The position numbers were made by a program, and so were the translations under genes. A DNA stretch of 63,830 nucleotides, the filler included, from Reticulomyxa filosa (lineage: Eukaryota; Protista; Foraminifera), in the NCBI GenBank assembly GCA_000512085.1. It is 20 parts of 20 records of this genome, joined end to end, with 100 filler letters (N's around TTAATTAATTAA, not from the genome) between each part and the next. Parts side by side here need not be neighbours in the genome. Positions count along the whole stretch, not along the records: positions 10,683 to 12,597 come from ASPP01026867.1; positions 12,698 to 15,124 come from ASPP01037095.1; positions 15,225 to 17,663 come from ASPP01019083.1; positions 17,764 to 20,858 come from ASPP01028940.1; positions 20,959 to 23,699 come from ASPP01013730.1; positions 23,800 to 25,567 come from ASPP01012467.1; 14 more parts are not named here. One strand, written 5' to 3'. Shown piece after piece: positions 12,071 to 25,667 of the stretch; positions within the stretch are counted from its first letter, which is position 1, and each line of letters starts with the position of its first letter. The notes below the pieces were generated by a model. The model did not search any database. It saw nothing but the letters and a program-made list of their open reading frames with translations, and had not been told where the DNA came from.

Positions 12071-13057
12071 GACTATCCGATCTTGTTCTTCTCGACGTAG
12101 AAAAAAAAACAAAGTCTTTAAAAAAAAATCTTCAAAAACCAAAGACCTAAATTTTTAAAAAAATTTTAAACAAGCATAAATATATTCCATCATTGTGTCA
12201 CTCTTTTTTAAAAACCTATTGTCATTTGTGTGAAATTTCAATGCTATCAAGTTGTTTTTAAATTGTCAGTGTTATTTTGTCTTGCCGTGTTGACAATCGA
12301 TGTAGATTGATTGTTTGTTTTGCGTTGATCTCTTCAGCAGATTTCATTTTGTATGGATAATCGGTGACTTTTCTTACCTACTCGCTTGCAACTGGTAGTA
12401 AGGCGAGACCATTTCGTCATTATTCGTTGTATTAGTGAGATTACACATATTGTTGGCAATAAAAAATATGCCACATATACCACACAATTAAATGTCTGCC
12501 CCAAAAGGTAGAAACGAGCAGGAGAAAGGAAAAAAAAGCACGCATTAAACAAAGAAAATGTCCATTCTATCACATAAAAGAACTGTAGCCAAAAAAANNN
12601 NNNNNNNNNNNNNNNNNNNNNNNNNNNNNNNNNNNNNNNNNTTAATTAATTAANNNNNNNNNNNNNNNNNNNNNNNNNNNNNNNNNNNNNNNNNNNNCCT
12701 TTGAGATTTAATTTGTTTTTTTTGATATTTTGAAGTTTAATCGAAACTTGAAATTTAATTTTTTCACATGTTGTTGTCTATTGTGTGAGTTTTTTTTGAT
12801 GATTTTTGTTGATCTTTTCCTTTTTTGTTTTTTATTGAGTACTATGTTCCTTTTGGGACGAGGTGCTCATTTTAACTCGGATAAGATCTCAATTTCTAAA
12901 ATAAAAAAAAATTATTAACAATTTTCGTCGTCAGCAAGATTGTGGCGAAAACATAAACAAAGACAAAGATACAAAGAAAATACTTTCAAACTACTAAAAA
13001 AAGAAAATTTTTTTTACTAGTCAGATATCTGCAAGATAACAAACGAAACACCCAAAA

Positions 13058-14200
13058 TGAACAGTCGAAACAAAATAATATTAACAAGAAAGAATGTTGA
13101 AACTTTTCTATTAAATAAGCCGAAATGGCAACAACAACATTCACATGATTTTCTTTAATAAGTGTTTAAATTTTATTTTTGCTTTACTTTTATTAAAAGA
13201 GGTAAATTGAATCTCAATATTTCCCTGAGACTTCAACACTTCGAAATCAAGGCTCAGATGATTCAGTTTAGCATTAGCATTGCTCCTGTAATTCCCCCTG
13301 GCCATTCCACAGTGAATAGCCAAATTTGTTTTCACAACTGTTGATTGATATCATATGCAATGAAATCGGAGCAATTCGAAAACCAGAACAAAAACGAGAT
13401 TAGTTGTAATTCTATCTGATTGTAAATTTGTTGTGAATAAAAACCACATAATATCCCAAACATTTTAAAAGATTGTTTTGCATCGATTGGAGGTAAAGTG
13501 CTGATTCATCGGATTGCAAATGCTGTGAAGTGAACATTCTAACTGAATGTCAATACTATCAAGGACTTAGAAATCTATGGCGAGCAGCAATCAATACATT
13601 GCTGCAAGAAAATTGTAATTTTTACGTTTTTCTTTATATTGTGACATGACTTTGTTTGGTTCAGGTACATTAGCTTGCTTTTGTTTGCACTTTTGGTGTA
13701 TATGATTATGGCCAAAATTAGTGATTTGTGAATGGAGAATCAAGGAGTAGTCTGGCTCACGCCATCCCAATGCAAAAGCTTAAAAAAAATTACTTTTGCC
13801 ATGCCTCTCGTGAGAATGTATTTGTGCATTTTGGCTCCTATGTAAGATTATAGCATATCCCCATTTATCTCAAAATCTCCATTGATCACTAGTTTAGTTT
13901 TTGTCTTAACGATGTGATTGTGTTGTTTTTTTCTTTCCTGGATAGCGTATCACTATATTCAAAATTCGATAAATGCTGAATCAATCCACTGCAACAAACT
14001 TAAATACCCTTCCAAAAACAATCTTTCAGCAAGTTGAAATAATGATGAAGTAGTACATGAATTTTTTTCGAATACAAGAATGTCAAATAACCAAGTTTCT
14101 TTAATTCTTTGCCATAAATATAGTTTATGTGTGCTAGAATGTCATTTGTTGATCAACAATTATGCTAAGTATTTCACATTGTCTGCTTCTTAATATCATT
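13058..14200 (+). pseudogene. Decayed coding relic, family not identified
   Basis: Mixed-composition, codon-like sequence starting MNSRNKIILTRKNVETFLLNKPKWQQ, with many stops. Confidence 0.25.
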
Positions 14201-14399
14201 TCCAATTTTAATTTCATCTTTGTATATTTCCTTTTTTCATCTTGACGTAATAATTGTGTTATCTGGAGCCAATAACAAAAAACAGTTAAAAAAAAAATTC
14301 ATAAAATAAACTACCAAAAAATTTAAAAAAAAAAAACCAAATTTGCAAAGAAAAAATAAAAAAATCAATAAGCAAAATACTGTTATATAAAATGATAAA

Positions 14400-14569
14400 A
14401 ATGTTTTTAATTGACAAAAATTGTAGAAAAAATGAAATAAATTTTGAAGCACTTGAAGATTCTTGGATATTTTAAAACAAAAAAATTTTGGAAAAATGTT
14501 AATTTTTGGCTTAGAAAATCGATCACCTTCATAAGGTGCCACTTTAGTGTGTCAGAACTTTGCCCCTCC
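14400..14569 (+). repeat. Dispersed non-coding repeat, copy A
   Basis: AAAAATTGTAGAAAAAATGAAATA..TTGAAGAT..CTTAGAAAATCGATC..TTCATAAGGTGCCA..GTGTCAGAACTTTG matches 48135-48303 and, inverted, 48660-48800. Confidence 0.85.
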
Positions 14570-15299
14570 TTTGCATTTTGTTTTTATCTATGTACGGTTT
14601 TAAGCTTTGTTGAAATTTATGACAAAAGTAAATTTCTTTGTTTCTTTTCACTATTCTACAAATGAAACGTTGGTGAAAGTGTTCGACAAAGTACTTGACC
14701 GCTTTAAGACGTGTTTATTCTTCCAAGTTACCTTCCATAGCGATTACTGTTATTGAGATCAGAAGGACCGAACAAAAGCACACTCTACACTTGAGTAAAT
14801 CAATAAAATAAAACTTAGAATTGTAAGCAATTTAAAGTGTGCCACAATTCACCAACATGGTTTACCAGCAACGTGACATCATTTTTTGGTGCAAATAGTT
14901 TACAATCTTGTTTATCAAACTGCATCCTCTCCATCCATTTCGAAAGAAGTTCATTTCTGAATTAAATATGTCACAAATATATTTGGAAATATTTTTTAAA
15001 TAAACAAAAAAAATTGTATTGAAAGTCTTAACAAATTAAGATCATTAATATTACGATCTATCGTTACAATGATTTGATAAGTGATTTCAAATACATGTTG
15101 CGCTTGTTGTGGATCATCAAAAAANNNNNNNNNNNNNNNNNNNNNNNNNNNNNNNNNNNNNNNNNNNNTTAATTAATTAANNNNNNNNNNNNNNNNNNNN
15201 NNNNNNNNNNNNNNNNNNNNNNNNTAGGAGGATGGCGAAGAGAAAAAAGAACGTGACAAGTGCGTATAACTTTGAATTCCTTTTAAAAAAAAAAAAAAA

Positions 15300-15900
15300 T
15301 AACCAGTCAGATGGCTTTGTTGAGTTTTGCCATAGAATTGTTATTCGTACCTGGAAACACGCAAAGTCGCCACTCGCGGGCGTGGACCAACTTCACATAT
15401 CGCACCCCAATGGAAAACTCGAAACGAGTGCGGCGATTTCAAGCAGTGTCAGCTCGAAGCAAAGAACTTGTTGCCATCCAACGTAAACAGATACAAGTCT
15501 CTGGCACTGTGATACGCCGACAAATAGCAGCAAATATGGTATCAAACTTCGAGCTACTGGTACCAACGAACGAACAATGGAAACTTGGTCCGTAATTGAA
15601 ATGGCGCTCTAATTTTATAAACTCAGAACAACAATTAAAACTGGCTGTATGCGTGCGCATATGTGCAAATGTTGGGTTTTGAACCATGAGCGTGTTTTGA
15701 TGGGAGAAATGGTAAGCTAGCAGGCGACGTTGATAATTGATAATTGGTGAATAGAGAAAGATTATTGCATTTTCCAATTCCATCACTGCAAGTAGTTTGT
15801 CTTGTATTTGTGGAACGAACACATACTATCTTTATCGAACCGCCTCCTGGATCAACTATTGGCCACGGACGATGTGTTGGATGGCACTTAAGAAAGCAAT
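15300..15900 (+). pseudogene. Degenerate multi-copy coding-like element, copy 1
   Basis: Colinear with the reverse complement of 25668-26240 (both translate MVSNFELLVPTNEQWKLG and NWLxACAxxQMLGFEP); all frames interrupted. Confidence 0.6.
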
Positions 15901-16049
15901 GACGAAGAATAGCCACGAATACGTCAAAAAATAAAAAAGAAAATACAAATAGTATCCTCCATCATCGTATCGTTAATCCAAAAATTGTGAATAGGCGCAT
16001 GTCAGTGGATGCAAGAATTTACAACCACGACCATTAGCCAAGGCCAAAG

Positions 16050-16950
16050 TATGTCTCCTATCACAAGAATGAATGAGTTTGAGCCACTCTCATATGGGAC
16101 TATTCTTCCGATATTGTGCCCCAATTTGGTGGATGATTTTTGCAAAACTCCAAACCAACATCATCAGCCAACAAGAACAGCTTGATAATGATTAGAAAAG
16201 AAGACTCCGAAGATACCGCGTTGGATTTGTTTTAGAAAGTAAAAAAGACATTATGTCAGCTTTACTTTCGTTATGAAATGGCTCTTTACATCAGCGGGTG
16301 GCGGCCTTGCGCAATCTTATGCATAGACTAATTTCATATATTGCGCCCCCAAATGCAAATATGTATCCCCTCATCATAAGGGTGACGATAGTGGACGAAA
16401 GTCGTATTTAGAAAATATCCATCTATGATATCACTCAAATAGTTGAAAAAAGCTGTCCCAGTCCAATCGCGGGCAATCCTTCTTTTTGGTAATTTTGCTT
16501 TTGTAGTTGGGTAGCACCAAGATCCAGAAAGAAAAGCTTAAAAATAACGCGTAAAATAAAAACGAGATCGATATCACGGTATCCCCACAGCAGCAGCGAC
16601 TGGATTAATCGAAGAAATAGAAAAAATAAAAGGCAAAGAAAAAGGAGATGTGGACGTTGTATGAAATAATCACATATGGCTGTCGAGTAAGCCACTCTCA
16701 CATGGAACTATTCTCCCGATGTTGTTGTGGCTCCAATTCGGTGAATAAGTTTTGCGATACTCAAGTCCATCAGCAAATAAGAAGATGATGATGTAGAAAA
16801 AGAGGACTCCAAGGCCATACAGTCGTTGGATTTGTTTTTTAAAAAAAAAGATCGTCTGTCAATGTTTAGTTATGGCCCTTCACACTCACAAGTAGCGACT
16901 TTGCTTGTTCTTAACGTGGACTATTTCACATAGTGCACCCATCAATGGAA
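16050..16950 (+). repeat. Diverged local duplication (about 16050-16350 vs 16660-16950)
   Basis: Shared blocks AGCCACTCTCAyATGG.ACTATTCT.CCGAT, AGAAAA..GACTCC, CGTTGGATTTGTTTT, GACTA.TTCA.AT..TGC.CCC. Confidence 0.75.
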
Positions 16951-17049
16951 GCTGCTGGATGGATGTGGCAATGTCAAGCGCAGTGCCAACAATGATGGCA
17001 ACGACGACAACGGTAACGCAGTCCATGTTCCTTCTCTCGTTTATCAATT

Positions 17050-17600
17050 ACTTCAATACATTGGACTGGTGTTGTGTGCTCCAATATTTGGATGCCAATG
17101 CTGTTGGTGTGTGCGGAAGAAAGCAAATGTTGCGCATTTATTACAAAAAGCAACAAGGCAGTGCCAATCGATAAACAGATCGACGATTTAATAATCGCTC
17201 CATATTTGCTGAAAGAAACAAAGGCTTGGATATTGGCAATGTGTTGGTGACGCTGGGCCCTGCTGAAGATATTTAAACAATATTTTATGTTAGCAGTGGA
17301 ACCCCCTCTCTCATCTCAAAAACACCGTCGCTGTGGATACGAACCAATTGTTCGGTTATCAAAACTGAATCACTCCGATTCGAAAAGTGGAATGGTCTGC
17401 CATCGACAAGACCGCCACTCAAAGAAATAGTAGCTATAGTGAAGAGCATTTCAGTTCAATTGTTCCAAATAACGGAATACTTGATTGAAGCTTTATCATT
17501 TAAATCAACGCGTGCATTCCAACACAAGGGTTCACGGTATTTTGTTGGTCATTTGTGCGCCTGTCTCTTTCCTGTTACATGATGCTATAATTCGTGATTG
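17050..17600 (+). pseudogene. Decayed ankyrin-repeat gene
   Basis: Fragments KGLDIGNVLVTLG and CGYEPIVRL resemble ankyrin helix 2; frames broken. Confidence 0.3.
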
Positions 17601-18176
17601 GGTCCATTGCCTGAAAAAGTTTTTTATGTGTACATATTTGATATATAACATCTTTATAACGTANNNNNNNNNNNNNNNNNNNNNNNNNNNNNNNNNNNNN
17701 NNNNNNNTTAATTAATTAANNNNNNNNNNNNNNNNNNNNNNNNNNNNNNNNNNNNNNNNNNNNTTTTTGTCTTATTTGCACAGCTTACTTTAGAAACAAA
17801 ATTTAATCTGCGTTGTTATATGACCTAAACGGTAATTTTTTAAACATACTTTTGGAAAGTAAAAAAACCAAAAATATAAATTGTTTTTCATCGTGATTAA
17901 CTATGCCTCTGATCGATAATAGAGTAAAAAGGGAAATTTGATTCATTTTGTGAGTAAATAAAATTGAAGATTTTGAGATCAACAAAACATTCAAAACGCT
18001 TTTTTTTTCATAAAAAAATGCTATTGTCTATACAAGAAGAAAATTAAGCTGGACATGAGAATGTTTATGGATCATGTGAAGAAAGCATCACAAAAAATAG
18101 CAATCGAGATATAGACAAGTAGAGATATCCATTGGACTATACATCGAGTGTTGTCATTTCAAATACAATTCAACAT

Positions 18177-19411
18177 TTATCTCAACGAGATGTATTCTAC
18201 GTTTTGTACACGCCATATTTTGGTCTTGTTGTCTTGTACAAAGGTCACAATCGCAAAACGATTTTCTTCAATTGTTTTTCCTCTATTGGATATTGTGATT
18301 TATACACAAAAGTGATTTGAAAAATGAAATGGAATGAAAAGAAAAGAAAAAAAACAACGGACCGAGTACTTCCTGGGTTAATGACAGGGATGTTTCCAAT
18401 ATGACCTTGACCAAATCCCAAATGAACATGACCATGAATATTTACGATGATTGCATCACGCTATACAAGCACACAAGGGTATACAAAAATTTAATTAAAA
18501 AAAAAAACAAAAAACAAAAAACAAACATATTTAGGATTGAGTAAGCATTCGCGAATGGAATCACTTCCCGCATAAATGGGAGTATCATCCGGTTCTCTCC
18601 AATCAACAGTAGTGCTCGATTGGGTAGGCCCACTGTGAGTGAAGAGGATGATAGAATCCCTCGGCTTGTCGCTTGTTTCTAACAATGTCAATTGGGACAA
18701 GTGATCAGTAAGTACACTTGCAAATGCTTCTCCTAATTCTTTGTCAGTATTGAAAGGATAGCCTTCCCATTTCAACTTATTATTTTGAAATGCTGGGCCA
18801 CTCCCTCCAAATCCGATCAAATATAAATGCTCGTCAATTTTACTATTGCTTTGTGTGCATTTGTCACATTCTTCAGATCCAAGCAGCTCCCTTTCAACAT
18901 GCTGTCTGGGTCATGCTATCCTCATTCCAATCCCCCCATTCACTTTTTTTTCTTATGTTCTCCAAATGCAACTATCACTCTACACAGAAAACAAATTAAA
19001 AATTTTTTTGTGCACGTAACATTTCCTGGAATGAAAATAGGATTCGGATGAATTTCTGAACATGCATTCAATATTTCTTTGCAAATTGTTTCAAATTGAT
19101 TGACCTTGTCTTTGTCTTCGTAGTCTTTTGGCTTCATTGTTACCAAATCTTTTACAAATACAACCATATTTACATGATTTATTGTGCTATTGTTTTTTTT
19201 TTGTTCTCTTTTTTTTGAAAATTAATTTCAAACCTCCGGCGACCCAAAGATGGTCCACAGTTTTCTTGTTTTGCTGGAGATATTTTTTAGCAAGCCGCAC
19301 ATTTTGAACGCATTCATGCAAATCCGAAAGTATCACCACTGTCTTTACTTTTCCTGTTTCAATCTCCTTGGAGTCTGTGGATGATGTATCTGCCTCGGTC
19401 ATATTTGTCAT
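18177..19411 (-). CDS. Calcineurin-like metallophosphoesterase, multi-exon
   Basis: All five motifs across exons: ILSDLH, VAG|D, FIPGN|HD, FTHSGP, IHGHVH..VINPGS; last exon ENRFAIVTF..EYISLR*. Confidence 0.9.
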
Positions 19412-19819
19412 TATCTATACAATTTTTTTTAACGTTACAACTGTGTCCCTTCTTTCTTGGACACAAGACTGATATATCGAAACAAATAAAATTTTCAAAC
19501 CTCAACACAGTTATCGTTATTTTTTAGATCAACATAAATAATATAGAAACTTCAACAAAGTTTTTTTATTTCACTTTCAGTTACTCTAATAATTAAGTAA
19601 GAAGGCAATATTCATATGTATTCACAGATATTTTAAGATTTGCTGTGTTTTTTACATTAAAATACTATGGCTATCCAATTGCATTAGTTTCATACGTGTT
19701 TTTTGATCGTTTGATGTCAAAAAAAGCAATGGTAAAAAAAGTACCAGTATAGTAAATAAGCGTGTCTTAACACATAACAATATCTTAAAAGTCAATAAAT
19801 ATTAGAGTATCAGTCAACT

Positions 19820-20630
19820 TTAAAAATTTTGATTTAAGAGAAGCAGTTTCTCCACATAAGGAAGAGTTAGGGCAATAGATTGGCTTTTGGCAAATATTTG
19901 TACGAGTATATTACTCCATTTCACTGAGTTTTGTTTGAAGTCAGAATGATGACTATTGTTGGTGAGTGAAGGAATACCAACATCATCAACAGTAATGACA
20001 AAACTCCAGGAATCATTAAAGACCATAAATTTATCGACCTCTTTGAATGAAAGAGAAGCACGTGCGTTTGCAACACTGAACGAATGAATGATAAGTTCAG
20101 AAAGCAGTTGGTTTAAACACTTTAATTTTCTAATGAAATACAATATAACATATATATTTGGAACATTAAAAAATTGTGGGAGCAAAAGAATCTGTTCCAC
20201 CCACACTCCATTTCCGAATGTTTCATCAAAATTTTTCAGACGTTCGTATTTGTGAAGGACAAGTCATTTTGACATGACTAAGCAACATATGATAAAACGA
20301 ATTATGTTCAAAGTGTTCCAATGGGACAATGTTTTCGGTCAAAATGTTTGCAATATCGATCACTTGGTGTATGTCAAAGAGTCTCCAATCGACATACTTA
20401 TTTGACACTCTGTGAGCTCGTTGGAACTGTTCAGGTCCCATATAAATAATACTATGAATTGGGAAATTTCTCCATTTTTTGAACATATGGTGATGTTGTT
20501 TCCTTCTTCGAAAATATCCATATTCATCGCTAAGGCCATGTCCTTCAATTCGTATTTATTTAATGGAAGTTCTTTTTTATTTTCATTATAACACAACGAG
20601 AGTTGATGCTTTCATCTGACATTCCATAAT
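19820..20630 (-). pseudogene. Frameshifted hypothetical gene
   Basis: Three successive same-strand ORFs (20360-20596, 20226-20486, 19820-20206) in different frames with no intron-like gaps. Confidence 0.45.
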
Positions 20631-21026
20631 TATATTGCAAAATTCTTTAATTTCTTGTTTTACTTGCGCCGGGCTTCGCATGTACATTTTCGCAAAAGAT
20701 CTATTTCAATAAAAACAAATTATTTTAAACAATCACACAAAATATAAAAAAATGTAGGATGTTCCAAAAGGAGGAAAAAGCATCAATACTAGGGGAGTGT
20801 TGCTTTTGAAACCAAAGTGGAAAAATAAAATTTATTAATCTAGTGCCGTTTTAGTATCNNNNNNNNNNNNNNNNNNNNNNNNNNNNNNNNNNNNNNNNNN
20901 NNTTAATTAATTAANNNNNNNNNNNNNNNNNNNNNNNNNNNNNNNNNNNNNNNNNNNNATTTTTTTTTTTTTTTTTTTTTTATACTTATTATAAAAAATA
21001 ACTTTTTTTTAAAACCATTTCCAAAC

Positions 21027-21323
21027 TGTTATCAACAACATAATGGGTGCAATTACAAATCCCACTGCATTGAATTGTCCTGGCAAACCCAACACTCCTA
21101 CGCCCAAACAAAAGTTCAGTGCAAATGCGTATGTGTATCCCCCTGAAATTAGTTGGATTGGCTTCGATTCTGTTGACTTTGCTCGAAAAAACACCGGGTT
21201 GTAGTTGAACGGTGGCGCCATACTTTCTATCGTGAGTCGTCGGAGTTGATTGTTCACGAGAGCTGTTTTTTCGGTCAACTCCGAACCCACCTCAAGGCTA
21301 GACACGCCTGAATCTTTGCGCAT
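21027..21323 (-). CDS. Amino acid/auxin permease (AAAP/SLC38/TMEM104-like) transporter, exon 1
   Basis: YAFALNFCLGVGVLGLPGQFNAVGFVIAPIMLLIT is the TM1-TM2 signature; acidic lysosomal-type motif ELTEKTALV upstream. Confidence 0.85.
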
Positions 21324-21659
21324 GATTGCAATTTGACAGTTATTATAATTAAAAAAAAAGGGCTAAGATATTGCCTTGCAAACAGGTAGAAAAACACAAA
21401 AACTAGCAAAAATTTGAACACACAATAATAATAATAATAAGACAAACAGCTCGTATGGGCCAGCACAAATCCATTGGTAGTAAACACACGTAAACGTTTA
21501 AGAAAGTAAAACTTGAAACAAATTGTTATCTTTCTCCTTGCTGTCTTGTCCCGGACAAGACGTAATAAAACTCTGTTTTTTTTCAAGGCGTTTCTTTTTC
21601 TAAGCAAAAAAAAAAAAAACAGTGTTACTTTTTTCCCCCTTCTCTAAATTTTGTTTGAA

Positions 21660-22537
21660 ATGGTTGATGCAGATTTGCAGGATTACAATGAAGATGTAAT
21701 AAGTGCTTGCAGTCGCATTGCGAATAGCCTTCGAAGTTTGGAAGATGGAGCAGGACCAAGAAGACAATCAGTAGTAACCAACGTGAGAGACGAGTTGGAG
21801 CAATGTGAAAACTCGCTAAAGCACATGGAAAGATTGGTACGCCAAGTGAATTCGAAGTCAGCAGCAGAGAGTTGGAAAGAGAAAATAGCGCAATACAAAT
21901 CAGATCTGAAAGCACTAAAGCAGCAATATGAAGCGCAGAAAAACGCCACATCACAAAACAAGACAAATGTATATGAACTCCCAACAGTAAGGGACACTTG
22001 TTTGGAGAGCTAAGGGAAGAAAAAAAAAAAAAAAAAAATTGGGAAAAAAAAAATGTGATTGCATTTGTTATAGGATAACAAAACGGTAAGTTATGAAGTA
22101 TATGACGACGTTTCGAAATATAATCAAAAAGACAGGGACGGAAAAGACACGAAACTGCTGCAAGATTCGCAGAGACAACTGCACCAAGTCGAAGAGCTGG
22201 CCGCGGCCACTTTGGATGAATTACACGAACAGAGGGAGACCATTGTCAAGATCAACTCCAATGTATGTGTTCTCTTTGCCACAATTAAAAGTCTGTCTTT
22301 TCATCTCCTCTTTTTTTTTGCGCATGCACGCATTTATTATTATTATTTTTTTTTTTCCCCCCCCCCTTCCTACTGTGCTCACAGCTACACACGACTAATG
22401 ACACTCTTGGAAGAGTGAAACAAATCGTGTCGAGAATGACGCGAAGACAAAGATTGATCAGCGTTGGACTATGTGTTATCATTCTACTTATCATTGGTAT
22501 GATTGTTGGCCTTGTCCTGTGGAGCAAGAACAAGTAG
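21660..22537 (+). CDS. VTI1: Vti1-type Qb-SNARE, complete (exons 21660-21986, 22074-22262, 22385-22537)
   Basis: Habc domain, SNARE motif LQDSQRQLHQVEELAAATLDELHEQRETI..LGRVKQIVSRMTRR, C-terminal TM; GT-AG introns keep frame. Confidence 0.9.
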
Positions 22538-23077
22538 TGATAAAACTATATCACTCAATTTAAATCATCAACTTTTGTGGTGTCTTATTTTATTTTTTTT
22601 TGGGATTGTTTCCTCTCCCTTCCCCCCCCTCTCTCTCCCAAATTTTTTTTTTTCTCTTTAAAAAAGTTCCAATATTAAAGTCCTTTTTGAAGTGACTAAC
22701 AATTGAAAAGTTTTGTATATTATAACATTATAATTTTTTTTCCCCCTCTCTTGGCCAATTTTTTTTGGGGGTATTCAATACATAAGATCATTTTTAACAC
22801 TCGTCTTTTGCATGCCCAAAAAAATTTTCTCTCTTCTCCAAAATAATCATTTTTAAAATATAAAAAAACGTGCCAATAATGTTCGCAATACATATGCAAG
22901 ACAGTACCAATCATTTTTTCTTTTTCCTTTTTTTCCCCTTTTCGCATGGTGATGAAATCTTGAAATGGGTGGAGCAAATTCTCGTCCAGTTAGCCCCCAA
23001 CAACAACAGCAAAATGGCACAACAGATCCGTCATCAAGTTCATTTTCGTTGACAGATTTGCCGACCAGCCGTCGGGC

Positions 23078-23523
23078 ATGGCAAAAAGCACGTCAGTGAA
23101 TCGGTCGCAGTCGACGCAGAGCAAAACGACAGTCAACAAAGCGAAAATCAGTGGTAAGACAGCGACAGAATGGCGAAACCGAACGAAGCAGTCATTTGCA
23201 ATGCAAGTGAAAGTGGACGAAGGGATAGTGCAGAAAGGGACATTAAGCAGAAAAGGAAAAAATAATCAAATGAAGAAATACTTTTGTATTTTACTAGCAA
23301 GTGGATGGTTGAAATGCTGCAACCCGAAAACATTTGACGAGATTACATCCATAAAACTTCACAATTGTATCAGTGTCAAGCCTTGTCCTGTGCCAGGCAC
23401 CAACAACAAAGCAAACACCAATTCCAACACAAAAAAATTCCAAGTGCAAACAGTGAAGCGCGTATGGGAGTTCGAAGCGGAAACGGAAAGCGACGCCGCG
23501 GAATGGATCAGTGCGATATCAGT
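23078..23523 (+). CDS. PH-domain protein, exon 1
   Basis: VQKGTLSRKG..KKYFCILL..KFQVQTVKRVWEFEAETESDAAEWISAI. Confidence 0.88.
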
Positions 23524-23799
23524 TTTACATTACTGTGCATTTTGTCTTGAACTTTTTTCAATACTTTGAGGTTGAGCACAAAAAAAAAAAAATGAAGTGT
23601 ACCTCGTACATTCTAAAATTTTTTTTGGAAAAGTCCTAAAAGTCATGAGACCCCTTTTTTTTTTGAAATGAAGTTTGATTTTTGCAAGTTGTGAAGATAN
23701 NNNNNNNNNNNNNNNNNNNNNNNNNNNNNNNNNNNNNNNNNNNTTAATTAATTAANNNNNNNNNNNNNNNNNNNNNNNNNNNNNNNNNNNNNNNNNNNN

Positions 23800-23836
<37 letters not shown>

Positions 23837-23838
<2 letters not shown>

Positions 23839-24203
23839 GACAATATTTCATGTAACGAAACCAAATGAAGCATCTCAGTCCAAGTATCTGCAGCACCATG
23901 TATTGGTATCGCCTGAAGAGAGCAATGCATTGAATCAGTTGCAAGCAGAAGTGGAACGCATTGACAAATTGATGGGAGGCATTGAAGAGGGTCTAAAAGT
24001 ATTGAAGGTGCCGAGACATGTGATCGAAAAAGCAAAGAAGGTGAAGCGAGCAGCAGTAAGAGCAGATCCAAACGACACAAGTGTGATCGGGGAGGATATA
24101 GCGGAGGAACAAGATCACTCCGAGGCCGAAGACATTCCAAATGATTTGGTCGAACCCAGTGGAGCAAAAGCAGTTGGACAAGGCAACGTAGAAGCGAGAA
24201 ACA

Positions 24204-24234
<31 letters not shown>

Positions 24235-24768
24235 TAATGATAACAATGATGATGATGATGATGATGATTGTCCAGAGAGAAGAGCTCTAATAAGCAATCT
24301 CGATGCGATGATTGAACAGATTGAAAATCAAAGCAAAACATTGATGCGGAAGTGCGATAGTATCACTCAAGCTAAGCAAGACGTGTTGCAGAGACAAGTG
24401 AGCGAAATCGCCAAACAGTGCCAGGACATCGACCAAATCAAACAAAGAATCGAAGACTCCACGTCGACGGGAGACACTTCACAAATACTCACGCTCTGCG
24501 CACAAGCCCTCAAGCACAAACTCTCTTCTAAATTCAAAACCACGCCCAATCTCCAACTTATCTTCAATCACAAGTGGTTTGATCAAGTTTCAATTCTTTT
24601 TTTTTTTTTTTTTTTAACTGTATGTACATATATAAGATGTACAATGTGTATATTTTATATAGGTATTAACTAATCTGAAAATAGACACTTGTGATCAGCC
24701 AAGACCACCGACACTTCGTGTGTGTGGGGTTCATCCGACTGCCATTGATGTTATCTAACATTGAATAT

Positions 24769-24809
<41 letters not shown>

Positions 24810-25560
24810 TATGTATTTATTTTTGGTAATATACTTCATCTTTTGCGACAATGGTGTATTGAATAGATGGAAATAACCGTGGACGAGAGTGACATCACAG
24901 CGATGGTAATAAACGAGATTGAGCTTCAATATTGCAAAGTGGAAGAGAAAGATATAAGCGTAATCGTTGGCAGCAAACTTGGAAATGAAGATGACAATAA
25001 CAGGAGCCCCAATTCGAAGTTGCAAGCGATAATCGACAAAATGACGTGGAAATCGTGTTTGGTGTGTCCCATTTCGAAACTGCAAGTGCTGACAAAGCAA
25101 TTTGAAGACAAGTATCGCAAAAAGTTGAAAAAGCTTCGCAAAGCGGACAAACCAAGAGCAAAAGACGACGAAGTGCGAAGGCAATCCAGCTCCAAGGGTG
25201 TAGTGATGAAAGAAGAAAAAGATAATCGTGGTGATAATGACGGTAGTAATGATAATGATAATGGTAATGATAATGATAATGGTGATGGTAATGATGATGA
25301 TAATAAGGGCAACGAAAACGATCAGAACAAAAACAAAAAAAAGAGTGATGTTGATGTCGGTGCTGATTATGGACAAGATAGTGAATCAAAGATTCTCCAA
25401 AAAAGTAAGCTGTATTATTACGAAGTCAAGAAGCTGCACGCTGAAACACCTTATTGTATTCGCGTCCGAGCAAAGAATGAAGCGGGATGGGGTATTTTTA
25501 GCAATTTTGTTTTAGGGCATACTTCAGGCATCAGTTTAGAGCCTTGTGACTCCAAAAAAA
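23837..25560 (+). CDS. Coiled-coil plus fibronectin type III protein (TRIM/COS-FN3-like), partial, multi-exon
   Basis: Long heptad region, then DQPRPPTL and YEVKKLHAETPYCIRVRAKNEAGWGIFS (FN3 C-terminal strands); poly-Asn/Asp inserts. Confidence 0.75.
24766..24815. repeat. (ATATAC)n intronic microsatellite
   Basis: Direct reading; the same hexamer occurs at 30797-30840 and 36983-37020. Confidence 0.9.
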
Positions 25561-25667
25561 AAAAAAANNNNNNNNNNNNNNNNNNNNNNNNNNNNNNNNN
25601 NNNNNNNNNNNTTAATTAATTAANNNNNNNNNNNNNNNNNNNNNNNNNNNNNNNNNNNNNNNNNNNN

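Noticed and set aside
23748-25515. His-, Ile- or Met-rich ORFs on alternative frames
   Set aside because: Shadows of AAT/GAT trinucleotide repeats in the real coding frame.
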